NCBI GenBank assembly: GCA_043821645.1
Contig: JBDRCO010000087.1
Coordinates: forward strand, 192,001-256,000
Source of the DNA: Pseudomonadota bacterium
GTDB taxonomy: Bacteria > Myxococcota > JACRCW01 > JAFGSX01
Length of the DNA stretch: 64,000 bases
Direction: 5' to 3'
Shown: positions 50,457-59,196 of the stretch, piece after piece
Layout of the letters: every line of letters starts with the position of its first letter
Numbering within the stretch: the stretch's first letter is position 1
Position numbers and translations under genes: made by a program
The notes under the pieces: model-generated
What the model was told of the DNA's origin: nothing
The model's input: only the letters and a program-made list of their open reading frames with translations
The model's database searches: none

Positions 50457-51527
50457 TCAGGGGACGATGCCGTACTCGAGTGACTGCGGCTTGCCGCGGC
50501 GCAGCAGATCGACGGTGACGTTCTTCGAGTCCTTGAGCTTGGTGTAGATCTCCAGCGCCTTGTCCGGGCTCGAGATCTCGTAGCCGTTGATGCGCTGGAT
50601 GACGTCGCCGTTCTTGATGCCGATCTTGGCGTACAGGCTGCCCGGGCGTATCGAGAACAGCTTGAAGCCGTTGGCCTTGCCGTCCTGGAAGCTGGGCACG
50701 ATGCGCGCCTGGGTGGCGATGGTGTTGAGATTGGACAGGGTGGCGTCGACCTCGCTCTGGGCGATCTCGTAGGAATTCTCGCTCAGCTGCTTGATGCCCT
50801 CGCCGGTGGGCCCGCCGGCGGCGGGCTTGGCGCTGGACTTGATGGCAGCCACCGGCACGCCTTTGGCAGGCTCGGCGCCCATCGCGATGTACTCCCGGCG
50901 CCCGGTCGACTCGTTGATGAAGGTCACGCGCGTGACCTCGATGTCGGTGATGGTCGCAGTGTCGAGCAGACGGTTGCAGGGCGTGGGCAGCTTGACGCTG
51001 CGCACCACCACCGCCGCGAGCTCGTCGGCCTTGCCGTCGTCGCTGCCACCCTCGGTGGTGACGGTGTTCGTTGCGGCCAGGGCCGCGGCGGCCTCCTTGA
51101 GTTCGGTGCCGTCGCAGGCATTGACCGAGTACTGGGCCGTGGACTTGGCGCTCAGATCCTCGATGGTGGCCAGCGACCACTCGGCGACATCAAACACGAA
51201 GGTGTTGACGAGCTTGATGTTGAGTGCGGTGGGCACGGCCTCGGCCTGCAGGTCAACACGGGGGGTGTCGTCGATCTCCTCCTCGGCGGCCTCGACCAGC
51301 TCCTCGCGCTTGGCGCCGAAGATGTTGCGATCCGTGGCCGTCGCGAAGCTGCGCTCGACCTTCGGCTTGGCGTTGGGTTTCGCCTTGGCCGTGGTGGACA
51401 CCTCGGGCAGGGCCGGGGTCAGGAAGTGGCCCAGGAAGATATTTCCCGCCCGCGCCAGCAAGAAGGCCGCGAGCCCGATGAAGAGCAGGTTGACGACGAA
51501 GAAGTATTTTTTTATGAGGGCTTGCAC
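50457..51527 (-). CDS. gspC: Type II secretion system protein GspC (HR plus PDZ)
   Basis: TM, RNIFG, QARIVPSF..GFKLFSIRPGSLYAKIGIKNGDVIQRING PDZ. The GTG start at 51527 fits the upstream promoter. Confidence 0.9.
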   Translation of the reverse strand: MQALIKKYFFVVNLLFIGLAAFLLARAGNIFLGHFLTPALPEVSTTAKAKPNAKPKVERSFATATDRNIFGAKREELVEAAEEEIDDTPRVDLQAEAVPTALNIKLVNTFVFDVAEWSLATIEDLSAKSTAQYSVNACDGTELKEAAAALAATNTVTTEGGSDDGKADELAAVVVRSVKLPTPCNRLLDTATITDIEVTRVTFINESTGRREYIAMGAEPAKGVPVAAIKSSAKPAAGGPTGEGIKQLSENSYEIAQSEVDATLSNLNTIATQARIVPSFQDGKANGFKLFSIRPGSLYAKIGIKNGDVIQRINGYEISSPDKALEIYTKLKDSKNVTVDLLRRGKPQSLEYGIVP

Positions 51528-51558
51528 GGCGCCATCCTGGTTATCAGAGCCTCGCCTG

Positions 51559-51574
51559 TGCAAGCATCAAGCCA
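51559..51574 (-). promoter_or_regulatory. Sigma54 (-24/-12) promoter of gsp operon
   Basis: Minus strand TGGCTTG-ATGC-TTGCA with correct GG-N10-GC spacing, about 30 nt upstream of the gspC start. Confidence 0.72.
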
Positions 51575-51623
51575 TATATTGGTCCAGTTATTTCAGATAC
51601 TTAGGATCTGTTTGCCGTGATGT

Positions 51624-51684
51624 TTCGGGTCAACTTGGCACTCCATCCTTCATGTGGGAGGGGGGACTGCCAATTTGACACGAA
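51624..51684. promoter_or_regulatory. Inverted repeat, candidate enhancer-binding-protein UAS
   Basis: TTCGGGTCAACTTGGCA-N27-TGCCAATTTGACACGAA (15/17 inverted match). Each arm contains a TGYCAA-N-TTGRCA-like box. Confidence 0.55.
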
Positions 51685-51872
51685 CGGGAAAGGACGTCCC
51701 ACGGAGCGCCGTCCTGTCAGCCCGGCCGTGCTGCGGCCCGGGGGGACACATCAGGCAGGCGAGATCTGGGCTGGAGGGATGCCATGCAGGCCCCACCGAT
51801 ACTCGGTGGACAGCTCAGCACGACCAAGGGAGCGGCGCTCGGGGGAGATGGCGGGAGGTCCGCGATGGGGCC

Positions 51873-52097
51873 CTACGCCTGCTCCTCGTTCGATGCGTCC
51901 TCGCGGTCGTCGTTGTAGTCGTCGACCACGTCGTTCATCGACGGGAAGCGCGTGATCTCCGGGCGCGCGATGCGCCAGGCCTGTTGCACGATCCAGGACA
52001 GCGAACGGTCCTGGCGGTTGGCTTCGTTTTGAATCTCTTTGAGCATCTCCACCGGGAAGTAGAGGCTCTGCTTGCGCTTGTCCGAAGGCTTGGCCAT
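51873..52097 (-). CDS. cdbA: CdbA-like c-di-GMP/DNA-binding ribbon-helix-helix protein (TIGR04563 family)
   Basis: DKRKQSLYFP.EML.EIQ.EA.RQDRSLSW.VQQAW.IAR, the signature of Myxococcus CdbA. Confidence 0.85.
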   Translation of the reverse strand: MAKPSDKRKQSLYFPVEMLKEIQNEANRQDRSLSWIVQQAWRIARPEITRFPSMNDVVDDYNDDREDASNEEQA

Positions 52098-52146
52098 GTC
52101 GTACCCTCACCCTGAGCACGTCGTACCCTCGACGACGGTGCAGGGC

Positions 52147-52175
52147 ATGGTACGACAAGCACCCCCCTGTGTCAA
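52147..52175 (-). promoter_or_regulatory. Sigma70-type promoter for cdbA
   Basis: Minus strand TTGACA-N17-TACCAT. Confidence 0.7.
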
Positions 52176-52228
52176 AGCACCGATAATGGTGCAGGTTTCA
52201 ACTTGTACTGGCGGGACCTGGAGCGGGC

Positions 52229-53902
52229 ATGCGGGTCGAGAGATGGCAGAAGAGAGCGCTGTGCACGGCGGCACTGCTGGGCCTGGCAACGGCCCTGTCC
52301 TGTGCCGGCTGCGACGACGATGAGCTGGACCGCCTGCGGCCCATCCTCGAATTTGAACCGGCCCGGGTCGACTTCGGGCCAAGGGCCCTGGGCCAGGGGC
52401 ACGTCGAGACCGTGATCGCCCACTCCAAGGGCAGCCTCGATCTGGCCATCGAGGACGTGCGCATCGAACCGGCGGACGCACCTTTTCTCGTCGTCAATTA
52501 CCCGGACTTCTTGCCCATCGCCGGAAGTGGCGAGGTCACCGTGACCTTCACCCCGGGTGAGCGCGGCGATGATGGCGCCACGGCCGTGTTCACCATCAAC
52601 GTTGACGTCGACAACGAGGTGCGCCTGCCCCTGACGGGCTCGGTGGGGCCGCCGCGCATCGAGGTGACGCCCGCAGCTCTCGACTTCGGCACGGTCAACC
52701 AGGACCAGGGCTCGACCCTGGCGCTGCGTGCCTCGAACGTGGGGGGCGACTGGCTCGAGATCTCGTCCATCTCCTTCGTCGACGCCACCACCGAGTTTTC
52801 CGTCCTCAATGTGGTGTCGGCCACCAGCCAGCACCTGGCTCCGGGCGACTATCAATTGCTCCACGTGCGTTACGTGCCCGATGACATGGGCGCCGACAGC
52901 AACACCCTGCGCATCACCTCCAACGCCGAGAACGGTCCCGATACCGACGTGCCAGTGACCGCGGTGGGCAACCTGTCGCCGGTGGTGCTGGCCTTCGAGA
53001 AGCTGTCCGGACTCAGCGAGGTCACCATCGACCCCGAGCTGCTGCTGACCCTGAGCTCCGAGGGCACCTACGACCCCGAGGGCCAGGCCCTGACGCGCTA
53101 CTGGCAGATCATCACCAAGCCTGTGGGCTCCACCGCGACCTTACCCTCGGCCGAGCGCGACACCGTCGACACCCACATCGAGCCGGGCCTGGTGGGCGAC
53201 TACGTGGTGCGGCTGCTGGCCACCGACCCCCAGGGCGCCCAGGGTACGGCCGACGTGACCATTCACGCCATTCGCGACTTGGTGCTGGTGCTGCGCTGGG
53301 AGACCGCGGCCGACGCGCTGTGCCGGGCCCGCTCCGAGTCCGAGTGCGCGGCCATGTCGCCCCAGGATCGCCAGACCTACTGCTGTGGCCAGACCGACAT
53401 CGACCTGCACCTGGTGGCGCCGGGCGGTGTGGTGGGCGACTACCTGGGCACCTGTCCCTCCGAGGTGGGTTGCAACGCCACCACCTGCGGTTGCGTCGAC
53501 ACCAGCATCCCGGCCTGCCTGACCTGTCGCAGCAAGGGCCTGGACTGCGCCTATGCCAACCGCCGGCCCGACTGGGGCAACCTCGGCGATCCCCTCGACG
53601 ATCCTTCCCTCGACGTGGACGATGTGCGGGGCCGCGGTCCCGAGGTCATCAGCCTCAACGGACCGGTCGATGGCGACTACCTGGTGTACGCCCACTTCTG
53701 CAACGACCGCATCGTCGAGCCCACCGAGGCCACCATCGACGTGTTCATCAAGGGCGCGCTGCTGTTCTCGCTGGGGCCGGTGCGCCTGGCGAGCCAGGGC
53801 AAGCTGTGGCTGGGCGCGATCCTGACCAAGAGCGGCGAGACCTGGAGCGGGTTGACCCCGGCCTCGGTCACCGACGCGGACGCGGATCTCTGTACCAAGT
53901 AA
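52229..53902 (+). CDS. Lipoprotein with two choice-of-anchor-D/ASH Ig domains, PKD-like domain and YfaP-like C-terminus
   Basis: Lipobox CAGC, two xDFG Ig repeats, GTYDPEG, DIDLHL, LDVDD..GRGPE. Confidence 0.75.
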   Translation: MRVERWQKRALCTAALLGLATALSCAGCDDDELDRLRPILEFEPARVDFGPRALGQGHVETVIAHSKGSLDLAIEDVRIEPADAPFLVVNYPDFLPIAGSGEVTVTFTPGERGDDGATAVFTINVDVDNEVRLPLTGSVGPPRIEVTPAALDFGTVNQDQGSTLALRASNVGGDWLEISSISFVDATTEFSVLNVVSATSQHLAPGDYQLLHVRYVPDDMGADSNTLRITSNAENGPDTDVPVTAVGNLSPVVLAFEKLSGLSEVTIDPELLLTLSSEGTYDPEGQALTRYWQIITKPVGSTATLPSAERDTVDTHIEPGLVGDYVVRLLATDPQGAQGTADVTIHAIRDLVLVLRWETAADALCRARSESECAAMSPQDRQTYCCGQTDIDLHLVAPGGVVGDYLGTCPSEVGCNATTCGCVDTSIPACLTCRSKGLDCAYANRRPDWGNLGDPLDDPSLDVDDVRGRGPEVISLNGPVDGDYLVYAHFCNDRIVEPTEATIDVFIKGALLFSLGPVRLASQGKLWLGAILTKSGETWSGLTPASVTDADADLCTK

Positions 53903-54194
53903 GCGTGGGCGTGCTGGCGATCTGTCGTCGAGGCTCGTGTGGTCGCGCCGTGGTCGGGCGCTGCTGCTCGCCGCTCGCTGCCCGCTGCTGCCGGAGCAGC
54001 ACCAAGATCTGCTGCAGCTCCCGGGTGGCGCCCGCGGTGGGCTCCGGCGCCACCGCCTCGACCAGCCGGGTCTCGCGCTGGAGCGCCGCGTCGAAGTCCG
54101 ACACCACGAGCAGCAGGGGCTGCTCGGCCCCGAGGGCGGGCGCGGCGGCGAACAGGCCAAGCACGAGAGCGAACAGCGTGATCATCTTCTTCAT
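53868..54194 (-). CDS. Small secreted hypothetical protein
   Basis: GAGG RBS, MKKMITLFALVLGLFAAAPALG signal peptide. The 3' end overlaps the convergent gene. Confidence 0.45.
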   Translation of the reverse strand: MKKMITLFALVLGLFAAAPALGAEQPLLLVVSDFDAALQRETRLVEAVAPEPTAGATRELQQILVLLRQQRAASGEQQRPTTARPHEPRRQIASTPTLTWYRDPRPRR

Positions 54195-54226
54195 GGCAGC
54201 ACCTCGACGCGATACGGACAGCGTGG

Positions 54227-54409
54227 TTACTTGTTGCCGGGGTATTCGTTGACGCCCGGGAAGGACGTGATCTGGTCCCGGGCCAGCTTCCATGCTTGCT
54301 GCATGAGCCAGGACAAGGGGCGTTCCTGGCGGTTGGACTCGCGGTTCATCTCGTCCAACATGTCGACCGGGAAATACAGACTCTGCTTGCGCTTTTCGGT
54401 GTCCTTCAC
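54227..54409 (-). CDS. Second CdbA/CdbB-family ribbon-helix-helix protein (TIGR04563 family)
   Basis: GGAGG RBS, GTG start, EKRKQSLYFPVDMLDEMNRESNRQERPLSWLMQQAWKLAR. Confidence 0.85.
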   Translation of the reverse strand: MKDTEKRKQSLYFPVDMLDEMNRESNRQERPLSWLMQQAWKLARDQITSFPGVNEYPGNK

Positions 54410-54475
54410 GGGTTCCTCCTGCTCTCAGGGGCGCTAGATGGCGCCCTCTGTGGGTCGATGTGCGATACAGGAGTC

Positions 54476-54504
54476 AGTCTGAGGCCAATGCGTACCCGGG
54501 TCAA
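54476..54504 (-). promoter_or_regulatory. Sigma70-type promoter for second cdb paralog
   Basis: Minus strand TTGACC-N17-CAGACT with an AT-rich UP region. Confidence 0.55.
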
Positions 54505-54740
54505 AAATTCAGCTAACTTTTGTTTAATTGATGTAAAATTAAGACGCTAAATACTCGTAAAATAACATTATTAAAAAACAGATACAAAGCCGTGGTGGCC
54601 GCGTTTTTTTCTGGATCCAGGGACGCGTACGTCTTTGCCCGCGTCCAGGTGCGGACGGGCGGCGATGCCTGGAACGTAAAATGGTCGTAAAAATTATAAA
54701 TATTACAGTAATTTACAAGAAAAGTGCACGCCCTCGACGG

Positions 54741-56477
54741 CTACAGCCACTGCTTGACCTGCTCCTGGGGCTGCTCCCCAAGAACCTCGGCGCTCATGGC
54801 CTGGCGCTGATCGCTCAGGGCGCTGACCAGCTCGAGGATCTGGGGGTGGGTCATGATGACCTCGCGGAAGGTCGGGCGAGGGAGCTTGAGCACGGTGCAC
54901 TTGCGCAGGGCCTTGACCGTCGCCATGGCCGGCTGGCCAGTGAGCAGCGACACCTCGCCGAAGATGTCGCCCTCGCCGAGTTCTGCCAGCACGATGCGCA
55001 GGCCGGACTCCTCGCGGCTGACCTCGCAGCGGCCGCTCACCAGCACGTACAGCCCGTCGCCCTTCTTGCCCTCCTCGAGGATGGCCTGGCCGCGGGTCAC
55101 GGTGAGCTGCTTGAAGCGGCTGAACAGCTGCTTGCGGGTGGGCGGGTCAAAGGGCAAGAACAGCGATGAGGTCTTGAACAGCTGGCCTAACAGGTGTGCC
55201 TTGTAAAAACGCGCCAGCACGCTGCGCACGCTGGGGAACTTCTTGGCGATCTGAGTCAGGGTGCGCTTGTCGATCTCGAGCAGCTCGCCATCGCTCTCGG
55301 CGATGACGTCGGCGGTGCGGATGCCGTCGCCGAGCAGTGCCATCTCGCCAAAGAACTCGCCCTCACGCAGACGGGCCAGGGGGATGCTGCTGCCGTCGGG
55401 GCGGGGCTTCTCGACCCGCACCGTGCCCGAGGCGATGATGGCCAGGGTGTCGCCGCGCTCGCCGGCGCGCACCAGGATCTCGCCCTGCACGACGTCGCGA
55501 AGTTTCAGCTTCTGCAACAGGTCGATGAAGGCGTTCTTGGGCAGATCCTCGAACAGGGGAATGCCGGGAAGCTTGGCCGGGTCGAGTCCCAGGGCCGACG
55601 GTCCCGGCTCATCGGGGAGCACCTCGATGACGGGTTCGAGGGCCACGCTGTCGTCGAGTACCACCACGGCCTGGGAACTGGCCGGGGCCAAAAACGCCTC
55701 GTCGAACTCGATGGCTTCTTCGTCGGCCAGCACGTCGTCGATCTCGAACTCGGCGTCGGCCTCGGCACGCTTTGCTGGCGGAGCGTCCATCACCGGCGTG
55801 GGCTCTGCTGCAGCCCGGGTGGTCGCCGGGGTCGGCAAGGTCTCCTCGATGATGTCCATCTCCGACACGGCGTCCTCGACGCGGGACGAGGGCCGAGGGG
55901 CGGGCGCCTCTTCCACCAGATCGAGGTCCAGATCGATCTCGATCGAGCCCGACGCTGTGCGTCCCTTACCCGGAAGGGACACCGCCGGGCTCGCCGCGGG
56001 GGCCGGTGCCGCAGCGGTCTGGATGGAGATGCGCGCCACGGGCAGGTTGATCTTGCTAGCGCGGCGGCCGCGGATCATGGCCGCGGGGACCTTGTCGACC
56101 GAAGGTTGCAGCGACTGGGCCATGGTGGCCGGGAGCGGGGTGGGCAAGGGCGCGCCGGACTTGCGCCCGTACAGCTCGGCCAGGGTGCGCTGGGTCTCAT
56201 CGTGCCTGGGGTCGATCTGCAGGATGATCGTGCACAGGGCGATGGCCTTGGCCAGGCGGCCCTCGGCAGCGTAACCACCCACCACAGCCTGGTAGGCGGC
56301 CACGGCGTCCTGATCGCGGCCGAGCTTGCGGTACAGGTCTCCCAGACGCTGTCGCGAGCCGTGATCCCCGCGATCCTCGCGCAGCACCGCAAGCAGCAGC
56401 TCGAGGGCGCGTTCATATTCGCCCTCGGCCACGGCATGGGCGGCCTGGTCCTTGAGCTTTCGCAGGTTGACGGCCAC
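54741..56477 (-). CDS. TPR-repeat protein with two cyclic-nucleotide-binding domains
   Basis: N-terminal TPR-like helices, acidic linker, GEFFGEMALL..RTADV and GDIFGEVSLL..AMATV. Confidence 0.85.
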   Translation of the reverse strand: MAVNLRKLKDQAAHAVAEGEYERALELLLAVLREDRGDHGSRQRLGDLYRKLGRDQDAVAAYQAVVGGYAAEGRLAKAIALCTIILQIDPRHDETQRTLAELYGRKSGAPLPTPLPATMAQSLQPSVDKVPAAMIRGRRASKINLPVARISIQTAAAPAPAASPAVSLPGKGRTASGSIEIDLDLDLVEEAPAPRPSSRVEDAVSEMDIIEETLPTPATTRAAAEPTPVMDAPPAKRAEADAEFEIDDVLADEEAIEFDEAFLAPASSQAVVVLDDSVALEPVIEVLPDEPGPSALGLDPAKLPGIPLFEDLPKNAFIDLLQKLKLRDVVQGEILVRAGERGDTLAIIASGTVRVEKPRPDGSSIPLARLREGEFFGEMALLGDGIRTADVIAESDGELLEIDKRTLTQIAKKFPSVRSVLARFYKAHLLGQLFKTSSLFLPFDPPTRKQLFSRFKQLTVTRGQAILEEGKKGDGLYVLVSGRCEVSREESGLRIVLAELGEGDIFGEVSLLTGQPAMATVKALRKCTVLKLPRPTFREVIMTHPQILELVSALSDQRQAMSAEVLGEQPQEQVKQWL

Positions 56478-56548
56478 GCCTTCTCCCCGTCGCCAGATCG
56501 GATCCAGCGTCAAACCATACACCAGGCCGAGCCTGAGGGAACCGGGGA

Positions 56549-57481
56549 TCAGCCACTGTTTGGCCGCAGGTTCGGCGCCCCCACATCCACGCGACGACGC
56601 CCGTCCCGGCCTGCTGCGTCGCTGCGGGTGGCATAGCAGTACACGCAACCCAGACTACAGGTGTCGTAGGCACCGATGTCGACGGAGGCCTGGCACAGGC
56701 AGCCGGGACGCGTGGGCCTGGAAGGAGGGTCCGGGGTGGTGTCCCCACGCAGAGCACGCAGCCAGGCCATCTCCACGCATCCCGCCGCGCGCACACCCGT
56801 GGGCTCCTCCCCGTCGAGGTCGAGCTGAGGCGGATCGCAGAGGTCCTGGGCGCAGCATGCGAGGACCTCGATACCCTCCTCGCGCCCGAGGGCGGCGAGC
56901 TGACGGACCAGCGAGCGGCGTTGTGCTCGGTCGGTCTCCTGGGTCTGTACCCCGGTCGCAGCGAGGGCGGTGAGGCGGCGCTGGGTCTTGCGGTAGTGCA
57001 GGTCCACGAAGCTGACGTGGCAGTGTCGAGTGGCGCCGCGCAGCGCTCGCGCGAGCTGGCCAAAGTTGTCCACGTGAAAGGCCGGCGGCGTCCTGGACGA
57101 CACCACGATGGGATCGTAACGCCAGTGCACAGCCTCGCAGCCGTCCCGGATCGCCAGGCGCTGCATCTGCTCGACGACACGGGGGGCAGGTGGGGAGCGA
57201 GGCTCGAGAACGCGCGGGTAGTTGTTGAGGGTGATCAGCCACAGCGGCGGACCTAGCCGATCGCAGATCTCGCTGTGCCACGACCACAGCGGCGCGGGCC
57301 AGCGCGTCCACAGCACCAGGCCGGCGACGTCGTCACGTTGCAGCGAGACGCGGCGTACCTGCCGCGCGTTCATGGGGTTGGTCACGTCGACCCAGCCGGC
57401 CCGAACGCGGCGCATCAACCAGCGCGCGTGCAGGGCAGGGACGTCGCTGCGGCGGCTGCAGCTGACGATGGCAGGAGGCAT
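56549..57481 (-). CDS. DUF1848 family protein (radical-SAM-related, C-terminal CxxxCxYC)
   Basis: IVSCSRRSDVPA, NPMN, WRYDPI, RPGCLCQASVDIGAYDTCSLGCVYCYA. Confidence 0.85.
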   Translation of the reverse strand: MPPAIVSCSRRSDVPALHARWLMRRVRAGWVDVTNPMNARQVRRVSLQRDDVAGLVLWTRWPAPLWSWHSEICDRLGPPLWLITLNNYPRVLEPRSPPAPRVVEQMQRLAIRDGCEAVHWRYDPIVVSSRTPPAFHVDNFGQLARALRGATRHCHVSFVDLHYRKTQRRLTALAATGVQTQETDRAQRRSLVRQLAALGREEGIEVLACCAQDLCDPPQLDLDGEEPTGVRAAGCVEMAWLRALRGDTTPDPPSRPTRPGCLCQASVDIGAYDTCSLGCVYCYATRSDAAGRDGRRRVDVGAPNLRPNSG

Positions 57482-57496
57482 GCGGGGGCGTTCGCC

Positions 57497-57952
57497 TCAG
57501 TTCGAGCGGGTCGCGAAGCGTCGCACCACCTCGACGGGCAAGACGCTGCCATTGCGCGCGCTCAGACCCTGCTCGATGCGGATACGGAAGTGCGCGCCGT
57601 CTGGCAAGGTACCGTCGGTCGAGGGTGTGCCGATGGTGAGCGAGAGCGTCCTGCGTGCTTCGTCGAAGCCTGCGGGCCCCTTGTCCTCATCGGCGACCAG
57701 GGCAAAGGCGGTGTCCACCTCGTCGCTGTCGTTGACCGACGCGAGCTTGATGGCGGACAGCGCCGCGGTACCGTCGAGGATCTCGGAGAACACGAGGTCG
57801 ATGTGCGTCACCTCGCTTCCGGGGAGGGTGGCGCCGTTGGACGGGAAGCTGTCGACCACGACCAGGGGTGGGCTGACCTCGAGCAGTGTGCTCGGACCGC
57901 AGCCCACACAGGCGGTGAGCGCGCAGCAGGCGAGGAGAGGTGACCGCAACAT
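57497..57952 (-). CDS. Lipoprotein with Ig-like (Big_5-type) domain
   Basis: Lipobox CVGC, VVDSFPSNGAT, LVFSE, C-terminal RFAT. Confidence 0.7.
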   Translation of the reverse strand: MLRSPLLACCALTACVGCGPSTLLEVSPPLVVVDSFPSNGATLPGSEVTHIDLVFSEILDGTAALSAIKLASVNDSDEVDTAFALVADEDKGPAGFDEARRTLSLTIGTPSTDGTLPDGAHFRIRIEQGLSARNGSVLPVEVVRRFATRSN

Positions 57953-57954
57953 GT

Positions 57955-59196
57955 TCAGAACCACATGCGGGCGCCGATCAGGGCCGAGCCGCCCAGGTAA
58001 TTGAAACGGACCATGAGGTCGTTGGACGCGGAGATGGCGTCGAGCTGGAGCCTGGCGCAGGCCGCCGCAGGTCCGAGTGGAATCGCGACCTCGGCGAACA
58101 AGGCGGCCGCCCCGCCAAAGCCCGCGGCACTGCGATCGCGACCCTGGTAGCGCGTCGTGGCCGCGCTGAGCGCGAGCCCGAGGCCAGCGCCGAGCTCGAG
58201 CTCGAGCCAGTCCAGCGGCAGCTTCGGTGCAAAGGCCGCCACGGCAAGCAGCGGGAATACCCAGTTGGCAGCGTCGAGAACGGGTGGCTCGCTGCCGCTC
58301 GAGCGCAGGGCATAGCGGGTCATGGCCAGGTCTGCCCCGAGGCGCAGCTGCCCGTCGAGCCAGGGCGGGATGTAGCGTCCACCGAGGTGCAGGGCGAGCG
58401 AGGGTCCTCCCAGGTTGATGAAGGTCGTGCTCAGCCCCAGGCCCAGATCCGCAGTGGCGACGCGCCGGGTCGGGTGAGGGGTGACCCTGGCGTCCGCGGT
58501 GCTGGGTGGGGCGGAGAGCCCGGGGGACGATCCTGGCAGGGGATCGTATGCAGGAGGCTCCAGTGTCGCCGGCGGCTCCAGGTCGGGAGCTGGCACGGGG
58601 GCCGCGGCTGGTTCCACCTCCGGAGCAGGTGTCGGCACCGACGGCGGGGGATCGACAGCAGAGTCCGTGACCGGGATATCCTCGAGGGGAGGCAGGGCTT
58701 CCTTGCTCCCAAGGCTGTCCGGTGCCAGTGCCGAGGCCACGCGGAGCCTCATGCTCACCGCCACCGCCACGGTTCCTCCTCCCACCGACAGCTCCAGCAC
58801 GTGGGCACCGGCGGGGACGGCGATCTTGGCGTCGCGCGGGGCCGAGGGGGAAAAACGGGGTTCGTCGACGAAGATCAGCTTCTCTTCGCGGGCGCGGCGG
58901 AAGGTGATCGGCGGCTGCATGACCCGGTCGAGGAAGACCCTCACGCTGGTGGGCTGTACCGGCGGATCGCCGGTGAAGATCACCCGGCGCAGGGTCAGCT
59001 CGATGAGTCCCGGCCCCTCGACCTCGGCGCTCAGAGGCTTGTCCTCCTCGATGAGGTAGAGGCTGTCGGGCTGGCCAGAGACGGTCAGTACCCGATGCGG
59101 ACTGTTGGGAAGGAAGGGCTCGGCGGGCGCCTGGGCGCGCACACTGTTGACCAGGAGCATTCCAAGCACGGCAACAAAGGCTCGATGGTGGCTCAC
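57955..59196 (-). CDS. Secreted protein with Pro-rich linker and C-terminal small beta-barrel-like domain
   Basis: Signal peptide ending VRA-Q, PEVEP/PAP linker, alternating beta strands ending GARMWF. Confidence 0.55.
   Translation of the reverse strand: MSHHRAFVAVLGMLLVNSVRAQAPAEPFLPNSPHRVLTVSGQPDSLYLIEEDKPLSAEVEGPGLIELTLRRVIFTGDPPVQPTSVRVFLDRVMQPPITFRRAREEKLIFVDEPRFSPSAPRDAKIAVPAGAHVLELSVGGGTVAVAVSMRLRVASALAPDSLGSKEALPPLEDIPVTDSAVDPPPSVPTPAPEVEPAAAPVPAPDLEPPATLEPPAYDPLPGSSPGLSAPPSTADARVTPHPTRRVATADLGLGLSTTFINLGGPSLALHLGGRYIPPWLDGQLRLGADLAMTRYALRSSGSEPPVLDAANWVFPLLAVAAFAPKLPLDWLELELGAGLGLALSAATTRYQGRDRSAAGFGGAAALFAEVAIPLGPAAACARLQLDAISASNDLMVRFNYLGGSALIGARMWF

Noticed and set aside
54505-54725. 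Replication origin
   Set aside because: AT-rich, but no DnaA boxes (TTATCCACA-like) were seen and there is no dnaA/dnaN/gidA context.
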